From contig CAZOYL010000028.1 in NCBI GenBank assembly GCA_964584035.1, positions 1 to 23,431 on the forward strand: a DNA stretch of 23,431 nucleotides. The letters run 5' to 3'. A program made the position numbers and the translations under genes. Source of the stretch: an uncultured Gemmatimonadota bacterium. Lineage in GTDB: Bacteria > SM23-81. The notes beneath the pieces were generated by a model. The model was not told the origin of the DNA. It saw nothing but the letters and a program-made list of their open reading frames with translations, and did no database searches. The stretch's first letter is position 1; every line of letters starts with the position of its first letter. Positions 1-7,744 of this stretch are shown piece by piece.

Positions 1-71
1 GGATTCGAACCTCCGAAGGCTTCGCCGACAGATTTACAGTCTGTTCCCTTTGACCGCTCGGGAACCTCCCC
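1..71 (-). tRNA. tRNA-Tyr (GTA), 3' end truncated by the window edge
   Basis: Reverse complement reads GGGGAGG-TT-CCCGAGCGGTCAAAGGG-A-ACAGA-CTGTAAA-TCTGT, long variable arm, then GGAGGTTCGAATCC. Anticodon GTA. Confidence 0.97.
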
Positions 72-101
72 AGAAGCCTTCACCGTTTCCATATAAAACA
101 A

Positions 102-177
102 TGGAGCTGGCGAAGGGATTCGAACCCCCGACCTGCTGATTACAAATCAGCTGCTCTACCAACTGAGCTACACCAGC
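102..177 (-). tRNA. tRNA-Thr (TGT)
   Basis: Reverse complement GCTGGTGTAGCTCAGTTGGTAGAGCAGCTGATTTGTAATCAGCAGGTCGGGGGTTCGAATCCCTTCGCCAGCTCCA: 76 nt, anticodon TGT, encoded CCA. The Thr(TGT)-Tyr(GTA) order matches the start of the conserved Thr-Tyr-Gly-Thr-tuf cluster; the rest would lie outside the window. Confidence 0.98.
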
Positions 178-187
178 TAAAGTTTCT

Positions 188-215
188 AATATACTTAGTT
201 ATTTAGCATTGTCAA
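188..215 (-). promoter_or_regulatory. Sigma70 promoter of the tRNA cluster
   Basis: TTGACA (215-210), 16-nt spacer, TATATT (193-188), 10 nt upstream of tRNA-Thr in an AT-rich patch. A 16-nt spacer is common in stable-RNA promoters. Confidence 0.85.
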
Positions 216-405
216 GGGGTTTTTGCAATTTCTTTCTTCCCGCAGATGCCGGTTCTTTGAAAAGATTACGCCAGCGTTACCGATGAATCCGTTCCCGTCA
301 TCGGCCCTGTTTCGCGATCGTCAGCGTGTTATCTCCCCCGCATGGCTGAAATTCATCAAATCGTGTATTGGTAAACCTATTTAATAACACATTGACGTCC
401 GCGGG

Positions 406-1230
406 TCAAGGGAAAATATCGGTTTCTAGCACTTTTCTGGCCGGGCCGGCCAGGGTCATATGACAATCACGGCCGGCCTCGATGCTCAGCTCCCCCCCGG
501 GCATATGCACGGTCACCCGCCGGCCACATAGATCCAGCCGGCGGGCCACGGCACAGACGGCACAGCTGCTGGTGCCGGAAGCCAGGGTGTATCCGGCCCC
601 CCGCTCCCAGATCTCGATGCGGATATTTTCCCGGTCGAGGACCTTCATGAACTGCACGTTGGTCCTTTTGGGAAACAGGGGGTGGTTCTCTACATAAGGT
701 CCCAGTATCCTGGCCTCCCCCTCCGAGATCTTCTGGCGATGGACCACGCAGTGCGGATTGCCCATCGAGACGGCCGAGACCTCCAGGAGTTGCCCGGCGA
801 CCTTCAGGCTTTCCCGGAGAACCTCTCGCCGGGGACCGTCCACCGGAATCCTCCGGCTGTCGAAAATGGCTCGCCCCATCTCCACCGAGATCCGATCACC
901 CGCATCCAGAATTCGGCAGGTGACCGTGCCGCCCGGCGTCTTGACCTGAAAGGGTTCCCCGGTCACCTCCTCCCGGTCCCACAGATAGCGGGCGAATATG
1001 CGCAGGCCGTTGCCGCTTTTTTCCACCCAGGAGCCGTCGGGATTGTAAATGTGAATGGAAAAGGTACCCCTCTTGTCCAACGGCTGTCGTACGATCAGTC
1101 CGTCCGATCCGACGCCGTAATGGCGGTCGCAGAGCCGGCGGATGGTTTCGGATTCCGGATCGCCCCGGAGCTCCTCGCCCTCGGCGACCAGGTAATCATT
1201 GCCCAGAGCCTGGTACTTGACCACGTGCAT
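406..1230 (-). CDS. dapF: Diaminopimelate epimerase (DapF) family protein, Ser/Ser active-site variant
   Basis: Motifs KYQALGNDY, RHYGVGSDG, NPDGS, SMGNPH, FPKRTNVQF, WERGAG. The catalytic motifs read EKSGNG and LASGTS instead of CGNG and ACGTG. Confidence 0.88.
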   Translation of the reverse strand: MHVVKYQALGNDYLVAEGEELRGDPESETIRRLCDRHYGVGSDGLIVRQPLDKRGTFSIHIYNPDGSWVEKSGNGLRIFARYLWDREEVTGEPFQVKTPGGTVTCRILDAGDRISVEMGRAIFDSRRIPVDGPRREVLRESLKVAGQLLEVSAVSMGNPHCVVHRQKISEGEARILGPYVENHPLFPKRTNVQFMKVLDRENIRIEIWERGAGYTLASGTSSCAVCAVARRLDLCGRRVTVHMPGGELSIEAGRDCHMTLAGPARKVLETDIFP

Positions 1231-1234
1231 GCGA

Positions 1235-1588
1235 TCAGTTCCTCCCTGGCGTGCCGATGTAACGGCCGGCGAATGAACCGATCAGGCTGACCACGATGGC
1301 GCCGAACAGGGCCGAGAAAAAACCGCTCAGCGTAAATCCGGGCAGCAGCCAGGCCACCAGGGCCAGCAGAGCCGCGTTGATGACCAGCAGAAACAATCCC
1401 AGGGTGGCCACCGTCAGCGGCAGGGTCAGGATGACGAGCACCGGCCGCACCAGCGCGTTGACCAATCCCAGCAACAGAGCCGCTACCAGCAGAGTGCCCG
1501 GCCCTCCGATCTCCATGCCCGGTATCAGGGCCGAGGCGATCCACAGGCTCAGCGCGCCGATCAACAGGCGGAGTAGAAAAGCACCCAT
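1235..1588 (-). CDS. YvlD-like four-TM membrane protein (phage holin 4_2 family)
   Basis: 117 aa from ATG 1588 with RBS GGAAGGAG. Family motif LGLVNALVRPVLVILTLPLTVATLGLFLLVINA. The upstream part of the 410-aa track ORF is a shadow of the MFS gene. Confidence 0.88.
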   Translation of the reverse strand: MGAFLLRLLIGALSLWIASALIPGMEIGGPGTLLVAALLLGLVNALVRPVLVILTLPLTVATLGLFLLVINAALLALVAWLLPGFTLSGFFSALFGAIVVSLIGSFAGRYIGTPGRN

Positions 1589-1620
1589 CCGAATATCTCC
1601 TTCCATTTGGAAACGATCAT

Positions 1621-2820
1621 CTATTTCTCTTCGGCATCCGAAGACCTGTCGGGAAGCAGGAAAAGCAGCGGAGTTCCAACGATCATGATCACCGCGCTGG
1701 CGGCGAACATCTGGCGCAGCCCGAATCTGTCGCTCAGTGCGCCCAGAAGAATAACCACCCCCGAGCGGATCAGGAAGCTCATCGACATGTAGGTCCCGTT
1801 GGCCAGGGCCCGGTTCTCCGGAAAGCTCTCCTGGACCAGGGCCATGATCACGGGAGTCGTGGAGATGACCAAAAGTCCGAGGCAGACCAGTAAGAAAAGC
1901 TGGGCCCAGCCGTGGACGGATAAAAAGATGAACATGAAGCACGGTGCAGCCATCATGGAGATCAGCAGAATCGTCCGGCGGCCCAGACGGTCGCTCATCG
2001 ATCCGCCCAGCAGAGCTCCGGCCACGCCGGCCGCCTGGAGCACGGTCAGAGATGCTCCGGCATACCAGATGTCGGCACCTTCTTCGGTCAGGAATGTCGG
2101 CAGGTAATACGTCAACGATGCCTGCATGAAAGCCCTTAACAAGATGACGGCTCCCAGGGGCAGAAGGACAGGTCTCATCCGGCGCAGGGCCGGACGCCAG
2201 GGCAGGCTTCTGGCAATTTCCTCGGGATGTCCCGATACTTCCCGGACACGAAAGAACAGGACCAGGGAGGTCACCCAGCCCCCGATCATCAACCAGGGCA
2301 TCCCCTTTACCGTCATATGGACGACGGCCGTAACGACCACGATGGGGCCCAACGTCCGTCCCAGCTCGCCGCCGACCATCCAAAGACTCATCCCCCGGCC
2401 CAGATTCCTTCCCGACAACCGGCCCGTCATGACCGGCCCGACGGCATGAAGACCGGCTGAGCTGCACCCGGCCACAAGGAGAAACAAGGCCACAAAGATA
2501 TAACCAGGCGCCACGCCCAGCAGGCTCATCGCGGTGGCGGAGATGGCCGGAGCCAGAATGACGGCGAAACGGAGGTTGAAACGGTCGGCCAGATGGCCGA
2601 TGGCCGGCTGCAACAGCGAGGGCGCCTGGATGAAGGCATTCAGCAGGCCCGCTTCGGCCTTGGTCAGGGTCAGCGCGGAGATAAATCTAGGCAGCAACGG
2701 GGGCAGAAAAGCCGTGTAGGTATCGTGGATGCCGTGACCCACCGCCATGGTGACCACGCGGCCGGTTTGAAACGTTTTATCATCGTCGTCGGGCGGCCGT
2801 CTATTTCTTTTCAGCATCAA
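1621..2820 (-). CDS. MFS transporter, Fsr-like
   Basis: About 12 hydrophobic segments; GHGIHDTY...FLPPLLP, QPAIGHLADR and GGSMSDRLGRR motif-A copies. Start is TTG 2820 or ATG 2817. Confidence 0.9.
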   Translation of the reverse strand: MMLKRNRRPPDDDDKTFQTGRVVTMAVGHGIHDTYTAFLPPLLPRFISALTLTKAEAGLLNAFIQAPSLLQPAIGHLADRFNLRFAVILAPAISATAMSLLGVAPGYIFVALFLLVAGCSSAGLHAVGPVMTGRLSGRNLGRGMSLWMVGGELGRTLGPIVVVTAVVHMTVKGMPWLMIGGWVTSLVLFFRVREVSGHPEEIARSLPWRPALRRMRPVLLPLGAVILLRAFMQASLTYYLPTFLTEEGADIWYAGASLTVLQAAGVAGALLGGSMSDRLGRRTILLISMMAAPCFMFIFLSVHGWAQLFLLVCLGLLVISTTPVIMALVQESFPENRALANGTYMSMSFLIRSGVVILLGALSDRFGLRQMFAASAVIMIVGTPLLFLLPDRSSDAEEK

Positions 2821-2945
2821 ATTTCCCCGCAGATGCGATGGCCTTGAAACCTAAAAGAGAACACCAGCCCTGTTGGGATGGTGCGACCGTATTCCGGGAA
2901 TATCGCTAAAACGCACTTAGAGACGACCGGACAGAAACAGTTCGA

Positions 2946-3070
2946 TCCGCCGGCGATCATAAAATCCGCCAGGGTGATGCCCAGCAGATTGAGCAGGACC
3001 GTGCCGACGGCCACGAAGATCAGGGCCACCGCCTCACTCCGGGAGTGAAATCCTGATTGATAAAAGATCT
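2946..3070 (-). pseudogene. MarC-family membrane protein remnant
   Basis: Translates IFYQS...AVALIFVAVGTVLLNLLGITLADFMIAGG, resembling the MarC G-I-T/S-x-x-x-F-x-I-A-G-G region. The flanking translation is not MarC-like and the gap is too short for a full gene of about 200 aa. Confidence 0.6.
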
Positions 3071-3225
3071 CAGGGACACAATTCTCGGGAGTAACCGTCC
3101 TGGCAAGAACCCCGCCAGCACCGATAAGCTTGCCGTATCTCCTCGACACGCCAGAAGCCATCCCCCGCCCTGGCCAGCTGGAGCTCCGTCCACCGGCCGC
3201 CACAACACGGGTGTGATGATGAAGA

Positions 3226-4296
3226 TCAGTCTTTCATATCAAATCCCAATCCGGGCGCGTTGGTCGGGAAAAGAATCCCATCGCGCAGAATCACCGCGCC
3301 GGCGCTGGGATCACCGATCAGATCCAGATGTCCGTCCAGATCGGCGTAGGCCACGTTGGGTCGAGCCAGGGCGAAGTGCAGTCCGGCGGCGATTCCCAGG
3401 GCCGCCTCGTCCATGCACCCGACCATCACCTCCAGATTGGCCGAGCTGGCCACGGCATTGATCTGCAGAGCTTCAGCGATCCCCCCCACTTTCATCAGCT
3501 TGACATTGACCATATCCACCAGATCCCTCCGGGCCAGACGAAAGGCGTCCCGTAGACTCATCAGGCTTTCATCGGCCATGACGGGGATAGATGTCCCGCT
3601 GGTCACCCGTCCGAGAAGACCCGGCTGGCCCTTGGGAGTGGGCTGTTCCACCAACTCCACCCTGGCCGGCTTGGTCTGTACTAAAAAATGCAGCGATTCC
3701 TCAACGGTGTATCCCTGATTGGCATCGAACCGTAACTCGATCTTTTCACCCACCATCCGACGCACCTCGACGATGCGTTCGATATCCGTCTCGACGTCCT
3801 TTCCCCCCTTTATTTTCAAAGCTTTGAATCCATCCGCCGCCAGTTCCTTGGCCCGGGACACGGTTTCTTTCACCGGCAGAATACCGATGGTCACGCTGGT
3901 CTTGAAGCGATCGCGAAACCCCCCCAGGAGCTTATAGACCGGCATCGAGGCCACCTTACCCATCAGATCGTATAACGCCATGTCCACCATGGCCAGGGCG
4001 GCGGATTGAGTTTTCAGGCGACGCTTCAGTCTGGACATCTGCAGGGCCATGCGCAACGGGTCGGTATTCATCAACGTGGGAGCGATAATATCTTTAGTAG
4101 ACTGGAGGACACCCTCGGCCGTTTCGCCGGTGATCTGCATATCGGGCGCCGCACATCCATACCCGACGATTCCCCGGCTGGTCACGATGCGGAGAAAAAC
4201 ATTGGTGGCGGACTCCACCGTTTCGTAGGCGATGGCATAAGGCTCGGCCAGGGGCATGGTCACCGGCCAGGCCTCTAAATGGCTCACTTTCATCAC
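3226..4296 (-). CDS. Enolase-superfamily (MLE subgroup) dipeptide epimerase / N-acyl-amino-acid racemase, L-Ala-D/L-Glu epimerase or DgcA-like
   Basis: KIK catalytic motif, metal ligands in DANQG, EQP and ADES, second Lys in NVKLMKVGG, GCMDE and terminal DLDG. Start GTG 4296 or ATG 4293. Confidence 0.92.
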   Translation of the reverse strand: MMKVSHLEAWPVTMPLAEPYAIAYETVESATNVFLRIVTSRGIVGYGCAAPDMQITGETAEGVLQSTKDIIAPTLMNTDPLRMALQMSRLKRRLKTQSAALAMVDMALYDLMGKVASMPVYKLLGGFRDRFKTSVTIGILPVKETVSRAKELAADGFKALKIKGGKDVETDIERIVEVRRMVGEKIELRFDANQGYTVEESLHFLVQTKPARVELVEQPTPKGQPGLLGRVTSGTSIPVMADESLMSLRDAFRLARRDLVDMVNVKLMKVGGIAEALQINAVASSANLEVMVGCMDEAALGIAAGLHFALARPNVAYADLDGHLDLIGDPSAGAVILRDGILFPTNAPGLGFDMKD

Positions 4297-4302
4297 GGCA
4301 CC

Positions 4303-6663
4303 TCAGTATTTCCTCTGATAGATTTCCTCCAGCGTCATGCTCTTGAGATCTTCCACCAGAGCCACCAGATGAGCAATCATGACCCGCCAGATCTCCTTCC
4401 CTTTTTCCGCGCTGGCCTTGGTGGGATCTCCCAGGACACCATTCGGGGAAATTTTATTCACGTAGGCGTACCAGGGAATATTTCGCCGGGAGGTGAAATT
4501 CAGATACCGGCTGGAGAACTTGGGAACCCGTTTGACCGCCAGATCCATGCGAACCAGATGAGGACGTACCGCCAGACTGGTGCTGGTCTCCATCTCTCCG
4601 GCGTGAATGTCATTGGGAGTTTCGATGATCCTGTCGACGTCCACCTGGCTGGTTTCCCCGCCATCCACACAGGCGAAGATGCGGGCATCGTGAGTGATCA
4701 TCTGCGCGGCGAAGTTCAATGCCGGCGTGTTGCCGCCGTGGCCGTTGATGATAACCAGCTTCTTGATACCGTTCCGGGCGGCGCTCATCCCGATTTCATA
4801 AATCATCCGCGACAGGGCATTGTTGCTGATGCTGATGGTGCCTTTGAAATCCTCGTGCTCGTACGACACGCCATAGGAGATCAGGGGGAACACCAGGGGT
4901 TTGGGATCACTGCAGGCCTCAGCGATGCGCCGGGCCAGATAGAGGGCGTCGAAAGCGTCCGTGTCCAGGGGCAGATGGGGACCGTGCTGTTCGACGGATC
5001 CGACCGGCAGAATGGCGATGTCCACTTCTTTGATCCGCTGCGCCGCCTCCGGCCAGGTCAGCTCGCCCCATAGATAGGTCTTGGGCGGAGGCCCCTTTTC
5101 CTCGGAAGATCGGGTCTTTTTCATCTTGGCTTGCTCCAGTTCGAAGGCATACGGCGACCTGATGGCGGGATCCTGGAGAGGCCGGAAGGCCTGCCAGCTC
5201 CGGCCCTGACGCCGGAGAGCCCCTCCGGCATGCTGCAGATAGATGCGATACAGCGGACGGCGCAGATCTTCCGGGATGCCGTCGATCGGCGACCGTTCGG
5301 GATCGAAGCGGACTTTCAATACATCCGGATGCTCGCGGGGAGCCTTCCGCTTCCCCGGCGGAAGCTGGATGAGGCCCTTTTGCCATAACATGAAGGTCAG
5401 CTGCCGTGCGCCGGCCGCCTCCTGGTTAATTCCCCTGCGGGCAAAATCATCCAGACAGTCCTGAATCTGTTCTTTGCGGTACCCGCACCGTTGGGGCTCG
5501 GCATCCAGGGCGATCAGCATGCTCACGATCCGCCGGCATTTCTCGCACCGGCCGCAGGGACGAATCCGGTCTCCCTCCTTGTGTGTCGCATGACACGACA
5601 TCTGCTGACGCTGCAGTTTCGGATAGCGCTCCGCCAGGGTCTTCTGTATGAGTATCTCTGAGAGAGGTCGAAGCACGGAGAACTGGCTGACACCCCACCC
5701 CTTGCGAAGATAATACCGCGACAGGGTATTGTCGAAATAGCGGCTCTGGTCGTACAGCCCATCGTAGTGGCTGATGCCCTGAAAGGAGGTCCGTCTGGTG
5801 GTATCGTATTCATCGCCGATGATCAGCCGGCCGATTCCGCGCCGGCGAAGCAGCGGCAGGGCCCCGAACAGAAACACGGCCACCGTCCACAGACGGATGG
5901 GATAATCGTCGGATCGGACGGAGGCGAAATCCTGCCGCACGAAAGGCATGTGGCGAAGCATCCAGTTGAACACACGGTCGGAGTTGACCCATACGCGAGC
6001 CGTGTTGGGGACATGCCTGTGAAAGTGACGGTATGCGTTCAGGGCGGTGAACCAGTGCCGGCCGGACTCATTGATGAAGATGGGATGGGTTTCCCGTCCC
6101 AGCTCATTGAGGAGACCATAGCTCAGCAGGCTGTCCTTCCCGCCGCTGGAAAGAATGGCGTGCCGGGAACGATGGGTGGGCCACAGTTTCCATCCGGATC
6201 GCCCCTGACCGCTGGCGATGTCAGCAAATTCCAGCGAGGCCGTCGAATACCGATCGCGATGAACCGGGGTCATTCCGGCCGCCTCATCTTTCAGGAGGGG
6301 ATTCGGCTGCAGGAATTTCTTGACATAAATTTCCCGGGCGGTGTTTTCGCTCATATCGCCGATGAAGCGTCTATCGGTTTCATCATAGACGCCGCGGAAA
6401 ACGATGGACCGGCAGAACAGACCGTAATTCATGGCCACCTGGGCGGCCATGACGCTGGCCAGGTTGTGAGACATCTCATCCTGCGGGTCGAAAACATCTT
6501 CTTCGAAACGGTAGATCAACTCGGTCCGCTCATCACCGCCTTTCCAGACCAGCCGGTAGGGAGCGACCATCCGGCGGCGTTCCAGCCGGACCGGCCCCAC
6601 CTGGAGACTTTTGAAAACCTGCAGGTCGATCTCCCGGGAGGCATCAACGCGTTGTGTCGGCAT
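4303..6663 (-). CDS. Fusion protein: N-terminal MurL/QueC-like PP-loop ATPase plus C-terminal creatininase-family amidohydrolase (786 aa)
   Basis: ATG 6663 with RBS GAGGAG. PP-loop SSGGKDS, FSVLRPLSE and Cys cluster SCH-x9-CGRCEKC; charged linker; then creatininase motifs PVGSVEQHGPHLPLDTD, NGHGGN, HAGEMETS. One uninterrupted frame. Confidence 0.88.
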   Translation of the reverse strand: MPTQRVDASREIDLQVFKSLQVGPVRLERRRMVAPYRLVWKGGDERTELIYRFEEDVFDPQDEMSHNLASVMAAQVAMNYGLFCRSIVFRGVYDETDRRFIGDMSENTAREIYVKKFLQPNPLLKDEAAGMTPVHRDRYSTASLEFADIASGQGRSGWKLWPTHRSRHAILSSGGKDSLLSYGLLNELGRETHPIFINESGRHWFTALNAYRHFHRHVPNTARVWVNSDRVFNWMLRHMPFVRQDFASVRSDDYPIRLWTVAVFLFGALPLLRRRGIGRLIIGDEYDTTRRTSFQGISHYDGLYDQSRYFDNTLSRYYLRKGWGVSQFSVLRPLSEILIQKTLAERYPKLQRQQMSCHATHKEGDRIRPCGRCEKCRRIVSMLIALDAEPQRCGYRKEQIQDCLDDFARRGINQEAAGARQLTFMLWQKGLIQLPPGKRKAPREHPDVLKVRFDPERSPIDGIPEDLRRPLYRIYLQHAGGALRRQGRSWQAFRPLQDPAIRSPYAFELEQAKMKKTRSSEEKGPPPKTYLWGELTWPEAAQRIKEVDIAILPVGSVEQHGPHLPLDTDAFDALYLARRIAEACSDPKPLVFPLISYGVSYEHEDFKGTISISNNALSRMIYEIGMSAARNGIKKLVIINGHGGNTPALNFAAQMITHDARIFACVDGGETSQVDVDRIIETPNDIHAGEMETSTSLAVRPHLVRMDLAVKRVPKFSSRYLNFTSRRNIPWYAYVNKISPNGVLGDPTKASAEKGKEIWRVMIAHLVALVEDLKSMTLEEIYQRKY

Positions 6664-7744
6664 CGTCCTTCTCCTCAAGAAAGCGCTCCAGCACCTCGGC
6701 CAGACCGTCGGCACCATCCGCCAGCACGTCGAAGGCCGGCAGGCCGGTCTGGCGTTTGATCTCGGCGCAGGCGGCCGCAATCTGCTCAGGCGAAAGATTC
6801 TCGTGATTGACGGTCACGGCCGCCACCGGTTTGCCTGAGATCACCTCCAGAGCCTTTATCTGATGGGATAACGGCTGGATGGGATAGCCCGGGAAGCCAT
6901 CGTACTCCTTTCTGGCTGGAGCATGCTGTAAAACGATCACATCGGGGCGGCCGGCGGCGATGATCTCATAGCCCCCGGGGTAGGCGGGATTGAGCAGTCC
7001 CCCCTGGCCCTCGATAAGGATGACGTCCGGGTGAGCCTGGTCCCAGGCCATCCAGACGGCGTGCTCGATCTCGCCGGTGAGAAAATCATTGATCAGGGAG
7101 TCGAGAATGATGCCGTAGCGGACGCCCTGCATCCAGGCCGTCTGGCCGGTTCCGACCAGTTCGACACTGTGCCCTCTTTGTTGAATCGACTCCAGCAGGA
7201 TCCAGGCGGTTGTTCTCTTGCCGATGGCCGAATCGGTGCCCAGAATGGCCACTTTCAGCGATGCCACCTGTTCGATCTTCCCGGAGAAGAAATGAAGCTG
7301 GCCCGGCGAAGGCGGCTTGCGTATATCGCGGATATGAACATGGTGTTCCGCCGCCAGGGCGTCCATCTCAGGGTCCTCGGAGAGATAATCGTGGAGACCG
7401 CAATCGATGTTCAGCCCCAAACGGATAGCTGCCTTCACGTCGGCCCGGGCCGCCGGACTGAGGCGTCCGCCGTCCGGAGCCAGGCCGACGACCAGATGAG
7501 TGGCCCGCGACTCTTTCTCTGCCGATGCCCTGACGGCCTCCTCGATGGCTGAATACATAGGTATGCTCTTGGGCTTCCCATCGATCACCCGGCCGGCGTC
7601 CTGGCCGGCATAACGGGCATCGACCACCGAGAGAACTCGATAGCGCCGGGTGAAACGCACCAGCCCGTGGGCGGTCTTGCCGTTGGGCGTGTTGTAGGCC
7701 CCCTGGCAGTAGACGATGGCGTTGCCTTCCGGAAAAGCGCTCAC
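6644..7744 (-). CDS. DUF1611 family protein (DgcN D-glutamate N-acetyltransferase-like)
   Basis: GKTAHGLVR, GLAPDGG, GLHDYL, GTDSAIGKRTT, GTGQT, EGQG...PAY motifs. GTG start overlaps the upstream TGA (GTGA); the 3' end overlaps the next gene by 20 nt. Confidence 0.9.
   Translation of the reverse strand: MSAFPEGNAIVYCQGAYNTPNGKTAHGLVRFTRRYRVLSVVDARYAGQDAGRVIDGKPKSIPMYSAIEEAVRASAEKESRATHLVVGLAPDGGRLSPAARADVKAAIRLGLNIDCGLHDYLSEDPEMDALAAEHHVHIRDIRKPPSPGQLHFFSGKIEQVASLKVAILGTDSAIGKRTTAWILLESIQQRGHSVELVGTGQTAWMQGVRYGIILDSLINDFLTGEIEHAVWMAWDQAHPDVILIEGQGGLLNPAYPGGYEIIAAGRPDVIVLQHAPARKEYDGFPGYPIQPLSHQIKALEVISGKPVAAVTVNHENLSPEQIAAACAEIKRQTGLPAFDVLADGADGLAEVLERFLEEKDDADTTR

Noticed and set aside
1..400. 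tRNAs as an integration site for a genomic island
   Set aside because: The window lies upstream (5') of the tRNAs; I saw no integrase, no duplicated tRNA 3' end and no obvious compositional break.
1235..1588. 'Holin' as evidence of a prophage
   Set aside because: YvlD-type proteins are common chromosomal membrane proteins and no phage genes are present.
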